Below, piece by piece: positions 54,978 to 64,000 of a DNA stretch of 64,000 bases. A program made the translations under genes and the position numbers. The notes under the pieces were generated by a model. That model had not been told where the DNA came from. It saw only the letters and a program-made list of their open reading frames with translations, and ran no database searches. This stretch comes from the human T2T-CHM13v2.0 reference genome, Homo sapiens, in assembly GCF_009914755.1 (NCBI RefSeq), contig NC_060937.1; one strand, given 5' to 3'. The stretch's first letter is position 1. Each line of letters opens with the position of its first letter.

Positions 54978-56313
54978 CCTTCCTTTCTGCAACAGTGACA
55001 TAAAATGTCAAGAACTCATTGTTTTATCCTTATTACCTCTATGCCCATTTCTGTTTATAGGCATTGCCACCCTTTGGTCTTACTACATTCCTACCTCTCA
55101 TGATGCTTTTGTGACCCTGCTCTATATCCCTCACAGCCTCTTGGAAATGCACTCCAGGGAAAATGAAATGTCAAGTAGGTGGTAAGTATATGGCATTTCA
55201 CTGATTTCTTGGATGAATTGAATCAATGAATATTCAGGGATGGTATTTCATAGCTGTCTATATTTTCAAGTAAAGGAAAGGTCTTTGACTTGCTTACCTT
55301 GCAGGCTATTGAGTGGACCAAATAAGATTAAGTACACAAAACCACTTGTCAACTCTCAAGTGCCATACAAACAAAGTTATTCAATACAGTTGAATAATGT
55401 TCATTCATTACTATTTTTAGTTTCTAATATGACATTGGATTTATTTATTCTGCTTATGTAGTGGGTACACATTTCTCAGAATTTAGATATGCAAAAAAAG
55501 AAAATGTCATTTTACTTTTCTACTATTCAACCTAAACTCTACTTTAAGCCCATTTTACCTAGTATCAGAGAACTTAATTTTTGTCAAACTGGTGCTTTCT
55601 GACATTCCAGGATTTCCCCTTCACCATTCTCCCCAGAGCTAATTCAAGTTCTGGGAAACTTGTATCACAGCTAGGCTACTGGGAGTGAGGGCAGGAGAGA
55701 GACTTCTGGTTTTTGGCTCACATTGCTCTTTGGTTTAGCCACTCACTGCTGATGTCTGAGTTTTCATCAGCCTCCAGCTGATAGTGCACCCTGCTTTCCT
55801 TGCCCTAGGCCCACAGGCTGTCTCTCTGGCATCCTTTCCTCTTTTGGAGTGATGAGATATTTTGGGATGCCCTTACATACCACTCCTAAGACTACCAGAG
55901 ATTTGAGAAACTGATCATCTGTACTGAAAAACACCATATCACTCCATAATACTATCCTCCTACTCCATAATACTGGCCCAAACTGGCTAAATCTTGGTAT
56001 TTCTGATTCAGCTTCTTGTCTACAGCCCAAGAAATTCTTTAAGCAAGACTAAGAGAGGAAAAGATTTCTACAGAAAGCTCATTCAGCATTTTTCACAAGC
56101 CTTTTGGATGGCTAATTGGAGCTTTGGCTCTCATACTCCAATGCCCAAACTTCTGAACCTAAACTCTCTTCCAAAACCAATATCCTCTGTTAAGATTTAT
56201 AAAACTCTATTTAGAGTTTATATTTTGTTCCTCCTTTTCTCAGTGCAGTTTCTATGTCTGCTTCAGATGCTGCCTGCAATGAGAGAAAAAGGTTCTTAGT
56301 TAAAAAGAAATTG

Positions 56314-56430
56314 TCTACATCTAGATTGTGAGGGTTACATAGGTACATGTATCCTCAAATCTCATTGAACTCCATACTTATGTACACTTTCTTATATGTA
56401 AGTTATATGTCACTCAAGTTGATTTAAAAT
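56314..56430 (+). mobile_element. L1M 3' end fragment
   Basis: GGTTACATAGGTACATGTATCCTCAAATCTCATTGAACT ... TATGTAAGTTATATGTCACTCAAGTTGATTTAAAA. Confidence 0.6.
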
Positions 56431-58867
56431 ATTCAGCCAAATTCATGCATGGATGCACACACATACACACTCACACATAAGATGCCATTGAAATATTATT
56501 CCCATTACACTTATCTGATCAACTTTTCCTTCTTTCCTAATCAACAAATCCTAGCTACTGCATGTGATTGGAGTAGGCCTTTTACAACTTGAACATTTTT
56601 TTTTCTTACGGCATTCCTTTCATCTTGATTTGCTTTTTCACTTTAGAACCACATCAAATATACTCCTCATTCTGCAGTTTTTTTCTTTCCATAAGTTTGA
56701 TTCTATTAGTTTATATTAGTTACTTTCTTTCTGTTCTGGGTATACAATATATGTTATAGTTTATTCCATAGACATTTGTGTTGAGCTAGGTAAATGATAG
56801 TGTACTCTGGAAACTATTGAAATATTCCAAATGTAATAATTAAGATCCTTGGACCAAAGAAAAATGCGATTAGACAGCTACGTCTCTCTAACCCCCATGT
56901 AGGCATCAAATGTTAAATTTTCTATGGCAGTGGCTGTCTTTCCATGTTGGTGCCTCTTTTTCCCAATCAAAATTTATTTTGTTTTTGTTTTTGTTTTGTT
57001 TGTGTTATTTTTAACTTTTATTTTAGATTTGGAGATGCACATGCAGGTTTGTTACCTGGGTATATTTGATCCTTTCACCCAGGTACTGAGCATAGTACCC
57101 AATAGTTTTTCAACCCTTGCCCACTTCCTCCTTCCCTATCTAGTAGTCTCTAGTTTCTATTGTTACCATCTTTATGTCCATGAGTACCCAATGTTTAGCT
57201 TCCACTTATAAGGGAGAATATGCAGTATTTGGTTTTCTATTCCTACATTAATTCACTTAGGATATTGTCCTTCAGTTGCATCCAAGTTGCCGCAAAGGAC
57301 ATGATATCATTCTCTTTCATGGCCAAGTGATATTCCGTGGTGTATATGTACCACATTTTCTTTATCCAGTCCACTGTTGATGGGCACCTGGATTGATTCC
57401 CTGTCTTTGCTATTGTGAATAGTGCTGCAAATAATATCCATTTCTTTTGGATATATACCCAGGAATGGGATTTCTGAGTCAAATGGTAACTCTGTTTTTA
57501 GCTCTTTAAGGAATCAACACAGAGCTTTCCACAGTGGCTGAATCAATTTGCATTCCACCCAACGATGTATAAGCATTTCCTTTTCTCCACAGCCTCTCCA
57601 GCATCTGTTGTTTTTTCACTTTCTAATAATCACCATTTTGACTGATTTGAGACGGTATCTAACTGTGGTTTTGATTTGCATTTCTCTGATGATTAGTGAT
57701 GTGGAGTTTTTTCATATGTTTGCTGGCCACTTGTATGTCTTCTTTTGAAAAAGAAGTTTATGTTCTTGTTCAGCCTTTTGCCCATTTCTTAATTATTTAT
57801 TAAGAAAATAAATTTATTTATTTATTTGCTTGTTCAGTTGTTTAAGTTCCTTACAGATTCTGGATACTAAACCTTTGTAAGATGCATAAAGTCCCAATAT
57901 TTTATCTCATTCTGTAGGTTGTCAGTTTACTCTGTTGATAGTTTCTGTTGCTTTACAGAAGCTCTTTAGTTTAGTTAGGTCCCACTTGTCAATTTTTGTT
58001 TTTGTTGCAATTGCTTTTGAGAATTTAGTCAAACTTTTTTCCCAGGTCTGACATCCAGAATGATGTTTCCTAGGTTTACTTCCAGGATTCTTATAGTTTG
58101 AGGTCTTACATTTAAATCTTCAATCCATCTTGAGTTAATCTTTGCATATAGTGAGAGCTAGGGTGTCCAGTTTTATTCTTCTGCATATGGCTACCCAGCT
58201 ATGCCAGCACCATTTATTGAATAGGGAGACCCTTCCCCATTGCTCATTTTTGTCAACTTTGTCAAAGATCACATGGCTGTAGGTGTGCAGTTTTATTTCT
58301 GGTTTCTCTATTCTGTTCCATTGGTCTATGTGTCTGTTTTTGTACCAGTATCATGCTGTTTTGGCTACTGGATCCTTATAGTGTGGTTTAAAATCAGGTA
58401 ATGTAACACCTTCAGCTTTGTTCTTTTGTTTAGAATTACTTTGACTATTTAGGCCCTTTTCTGGTTCCATATGAAGTTTAAAATAGCTTTTTCTAGTTCT
58501 GTGAAAAATGATGTTGGTAGTTTGATAGGAATAGTGTTAAAGCTGCAGATTGCTTTGAGCAGTACAGCCATTTTAACACTATTGATTCTTCCAATCTGTG
58601 AGCATAAAATGTTTTCCATTTGTGTCATTTCTGATTTCTTTCAGAAGTGTTTTATAGTTTTCCTTGTAGCGATCTTTCACCTTCTTGGTTAGATGTATTC
58701 CTAGGTACTTTTTGTGGTTACTGTAAGTGGGATTGCTTTCTTGATTTGGCTCTCAGATTGAATGTTATAGGTGTATAGAAATGCTACTGATTTTTTGTAC
58801 ATTGATTTTGGATCCTGAAACTTTACTGAAGTCGTTTATCATTTCCAGGAGCCTTTTGGCAGTCTTT

Positions 58868-59239
58868 TTTTTAATTTTTTTTATTATTATACTTTAAGTT
58901 TTAGGGTACATGTGCTCAACATGCAGGTTAGTTACATATGTATACATGTGCCATGTTGGTGTGCTGCACCCAGTAACTCCTCATTTAACATTAGGTATAT
59001 CTCCTAATACTATCCCTCCCCCCTCCCCCCACCCCACAACAGGCCCTGGTGTGTGACGTTCCCCTTCCTGTGTCCATGTGTTCTCATTGTTCAATTCCCA
59101 CCTATGAGTGAGAACATGCGGCGTTTGGTTTTTTGTCCTTGCGATAGTTTGCTGAGAATGATGGCTTCCAGCTTCATCCATGTCCCTACGAAGGACATGA
59201 ATTCATCATTTCTTATGGCTGCATAGTATTCCATGGTGT
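58868..59239 (-). mobile_element. 5'-truncated younger L1PA (PA4-6-like) 3' end nested in the older L1
   Basis: TATACTTTAAGTTTTAGGGTACATGTG 3' end. Perfect 15-bp TSD CTTTTGGCAGTCTTT (58853-58867 / 59240-59254) at a canonical TT/AAAG target. Confidence 0.93.
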
Positions 59240-60760
59240 CTTTTGGCAGTCTTTAAGGTTTTCTGGGTATAGAATCATATCATCCATGATATGAGAAATA
59301 GTTTGACTTTTTCCTATTCGGATGCCTTTGATCTCTTTCTCCTGCCTGATTAGACTTGCTAGCACCTCCAGTACTGTGTTGCATATGAGTGGTGAGAGTA
59401 GGCATTCTTGTCTTGTTCTAATTTTCAGTGGGAATGCTTCCAGTTTTTGCCCATTGGGTATGATGTTGGCTGCGGGTTTGTCATAGATGGCTCTTATTAT
59501 TTTGAGGTATGTTTCTTCAGTTCCTAGTTTATTCAGGGTTTTTATCATGAAGGATTGTTGGATTTTATCAAAAGTTTTTGCACATTTGTTAAGATGATCA
59601 TATAGTTTTTGTTTGTAATTCTGTTTATGGGGTGAATCACATTTATTAATTTGTTTATGCTGAAGCAACCTTGAATCCCAGGAATGAAGCCTACTTGATT
59701 GTGGTGAGTTAACTTTTCGATGCACTGCTGCATTCAGTTAACTAGCATTTCTTTGAGGATCTCTGTATCTATGTTCATCACAGGTATTGACCTGTAGTTT
59801 TCTTTTTTGTTGTGTCTTTGGCAGGTTTTGGTATCAGGGTGATGCTGGCTTCACAGAATGAGATAGGGAGGACCCCCTCATCCTCAATTTTTTGGAATGT
59901 AGAATTAATACCAGCTCTTCCTTGTACATCTGGTAGAATCATCTGTGAATCCATCTGATCTGGGGCTTTATTTTGGTTGATTAGTTTTCAATTACTCATT
60001 CATTTTTGGAACTCATTATTGGTCTGTTCAGGGTTTCGATTTCTTCCTGACTTAATCTTTGGAAGTTGTGTGTTTCCAGTAATTTATGCATTTCCCCTAG
60101 ATTTTCTGGTTTGTATGCATAGAGATGTTCCTAATAGTCTGAGGATCTTTTGTGGGATTGATTGTAACGTCACCTTTGTTGTTTCTAATTATGCTTATTT
60201 GTGTCTCCTCTTTTTCCTTTGCGAATCTAGCTAGTGGTCTATCACTCTTGTTTATCCTTTTAAAAAAGCAACTTTTGGTTTCATTCATTCTTTGTATGGA
60301 GTTTGAGGGGTATCAATTTTGTCATTTCTACTCTGATTTTAATTATTTCTTTTCATATGCTAGCTTTGAGGTTAGTTTTTATTTTTCTAGTTCCTCTAGG
60401 TATGATGTTAGATCATTAATTTTAGATCTAACTTTTGGAGGTAGGTGTTTAGCACTACAAACTTATTTTAACACTGCTTTTGCTGCATCCCAGAGATTTT
60501 AGTATGTTGTATCTCTGTTTTCATTTATTTCAAAGATTTTTTTATTTCTACCTTAATTTTGTTGTTCACACCAAAATCATTCAGGGACAAGTTGTTTAAT
60601 TTCCATGTAATTGTGTGATTTTGAGAGATCCTGGTATTGGTTTCTGTTTTTATTTCACTGTAGTCCAAGAATACGGTTGGTATGATTTTAACTCTTTTGA
60701 GTTTATTTAGACTTGCTTTATGGCTGAGTATGTGGTTGATCCTGGAATATGTTCCATTTC

Positions 60761-61183
60761 TGTGATGGTTAATACTGAGTGTCAACTTGATTGGATTGAA
60801 TGATACAAAGTATTGATGTTGGGTGTGTCTGTGAGGGTGTTCCCAAAAGAGATTAACATTTGAGTCAGTGGGCCAGGGAAGGCAGATCTACCCTTAATCT
60901 TGTAGGCACAAACTAATCAGCTGCCAGTGAATATAAAGCAGGCAGAAAAAAGTGAAAAGGAGAGACGGGCCTAGCCTCCCAGCCTACATCTTTCTCCTGG
61001 GCTGGATGCTTCCTGCCCTTGAACATCAGACTCCAAGTTCTTCAGTTTGGGGACTCAGACTGGCTCTCCTTGCTCCTCAGTTTGCAGACAGCCTATTATG
61101 GGACCTTGTGATCATGTAAGTGAATACTTAATAAACTCCCCTTTGTATTAGTCCTGTCCCTCTAGAGAACCCTGACTTATACA
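60761..61183 (+). mobile_element. MLT2A1-like solo LTR (HERV-L) nested in L1
   Basis: TGTGATGGTTAATACTGAGTGTCAACTTGATTGGATTGAA ... CCCTCTAGAGAACCCTGACTTATACA. TATAAA at 60932 and AATAAA at 61130. Confidence 0.92.
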
Positions 61184-62712
61184 GTATGCAAATGAGAAGG
61201 ATGTATATGTCCGGTTGATGGGTGGAGTGTTCTATACTTGTCTACTAGGTCCAGTTGGTTAAGTGTTGAGCTTAAGTCCAGAATTTTTTTGTTAGTTTTC
61301 TGCCTTAATAATCTATTAATGCTGACAATGGGGTGTTGAAGCCTCCCACAACTATTATGTGGCTGTTTAAGTCTTTTTGTATGTTTAGACATATTTGTTT
61401 TATGAATCTGGGTGTTCCAGTGTTGGGGGGGGTATATATTTCAAATATTTAAGTCTTCTTGTTGAATTAAACCCTTTATTATTATGTAACATTCTTCTTT
61501 GTCCTTTTTTACTCTTATTGGTTTAAAGTCTGTTTTATCCTATATAAGAATAGTGACCTCTGCTCTTTTTTTTTTCTTCTGTTTTCATGGTAGATATTTC
61601 TTCACCTCTTACTTTGAGCCTATGAGTGTCATTATATGTGAGATGAGTCTCTTGATAACAGCAGACAGATGGGTCTTGCCTCTTTATCCAACTTGTACTC
61701 TGTGTCTTTTAAGCGGGGCATTTAGACCATTTATATTCAAGATTAATATTGATACATGAGGTTTTGATTCTATCATGAAGTTGTTAGCTGGTTGCTTTGT
61801 AGTTTTGATTATGTGGTTGTTTTATAGGGTCTGTGGGCTATGTACTTACATATGTTTTTGTAGTAGCAGGTATTATTATTTCATTTCATGTTTAGAACAT
61901 TCATTAGGATCTCTTGTAAACCTAGCCTAGTGGTAACAAATTTCCCTAGCACTTGCTTGTCTGGAAGAGATTTTATTTCTCTTTCACGAATGAAGCTTAG
62001 TTTGGTGGGATGTGAAATTCTTGGTTAGAATTTATTTTATTTAAGAATGCTGAAAATAGGATCCCAGTTTCTCTTGGCTTATAAGGTTTCTAACAAGAAG
62101 TCCACTTTTGGCAATCTGGGCTTCCCTTTACATGTGATGTAATAATTTTCTCCAGTTGCATTTAAAATATTTTATTTAGCATTGACCTTTGACAGTCTGT
62201 TGACTATATGCCTTAGCATTGTTGACTTTTTTATAGTATCTCACAGGAGTTCTCTAGATTTCTTATATCTGGTTGTTTAGGTCTATAGCAAGATTGGGAC
62301 AATTTTCTTGAATTATTCCCTCAAATATGTTTTCCATGTTGTTTACTTTTTTTCTTTCTCCCTCAGTAATGTCAATAAGTTATAGGCTTGGTCACTCTCC
62401 ACAATGCCATATTTCTCAAAGACTTTTTTCATTTTTTTATAATCTTTAAAAATTTCTGTCTATGTTAGTTTGAAAGATCAGTTTCAAGCTCTGAAACTCC
62501 TTATTCTGCTTGGTCCAATCTATTTATAGAACTTTCAATTGTATTTTAAAACTTTTTATGTGAGTTTTTCAATTCCAGAATCTCTGATTGATTTCCTTTT
62601 AAGATGTTTATCTCTTCCTTTATTTTCTGGATTGCTTTAGAAGTTTCTTTGTGTTGATTGTCAACCTTGTTTTGGATCTTATGGAGCTTTCTTGCAATCC
62701 ATGCTTTGAATT

Positions 62713-64000
<1,288 letters not shown>

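Larger units (their letters stand above)
56977..62712 (-). mobile_element. L1PA15/16-like LINE-1 (3' UTR, decayed ORF2, part of ORF1), host of three nested insertions
   Basis: T-rich tail, then TTTTATTTTAGATTTGGAGATGCACATGCAGGTTTGTTAC. ORF2 peptides: [36 protein letters not shown] (RT), TYSRINHILSHKASLNK (EN region). ORF1-like sequence at about 61.9-62.7 kb. Confidence 0.9.

Overview
Primate (very likely human) non-coding genomic DNA, AT-rich and CpG-depleted. I can support no protein-coding gene, RNA gene or CpG island. Most ORFs in the track are chance frames; the rest are decayed transposon frames (Tigger1 transposase, THE1-int, L1 ORF2, antisense Alu). Interspersed repeats identified from recalled consensus sequences: a full-length Tigger1, Tigger3, MER5A, two MER94, MER102-like and MER103-like DNA elements, six dimeric Alus plus one left monomer, many L2/MIR relics, old L1M pieces, HAL1, MLT2B, MLT1, a deleted THE1A provirus, a THE1D solo LTR, and a nested L1 stack at the right end (L1PA16-like host carrying an L1PA fragment, MLT2A1 and a younger L1PA). 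Between the repeats lie repeat-poor blocks with dense transcription-factor motif clusters and local CpG retention, consistent with an enhancer-rich intron or gene desert. The best leads are an AT-rich, CpG-retaining hairpin element with splice-like borders and an adjacent G4 (25.8-26.0 kb), a CArG/NKX/T-box/AP-1/TEAD cluster (7.2-7.6 kb), an apparent 85-bp gene-conversion tract between two neighbouring L1PA copies, and four LTRs with DUX4-type motifs. I found no clear evidence of a novel multi-gene system. Subfamily calls and old-repeat boundaries are approximate and need RepeatMasker/Dfam confirmation.
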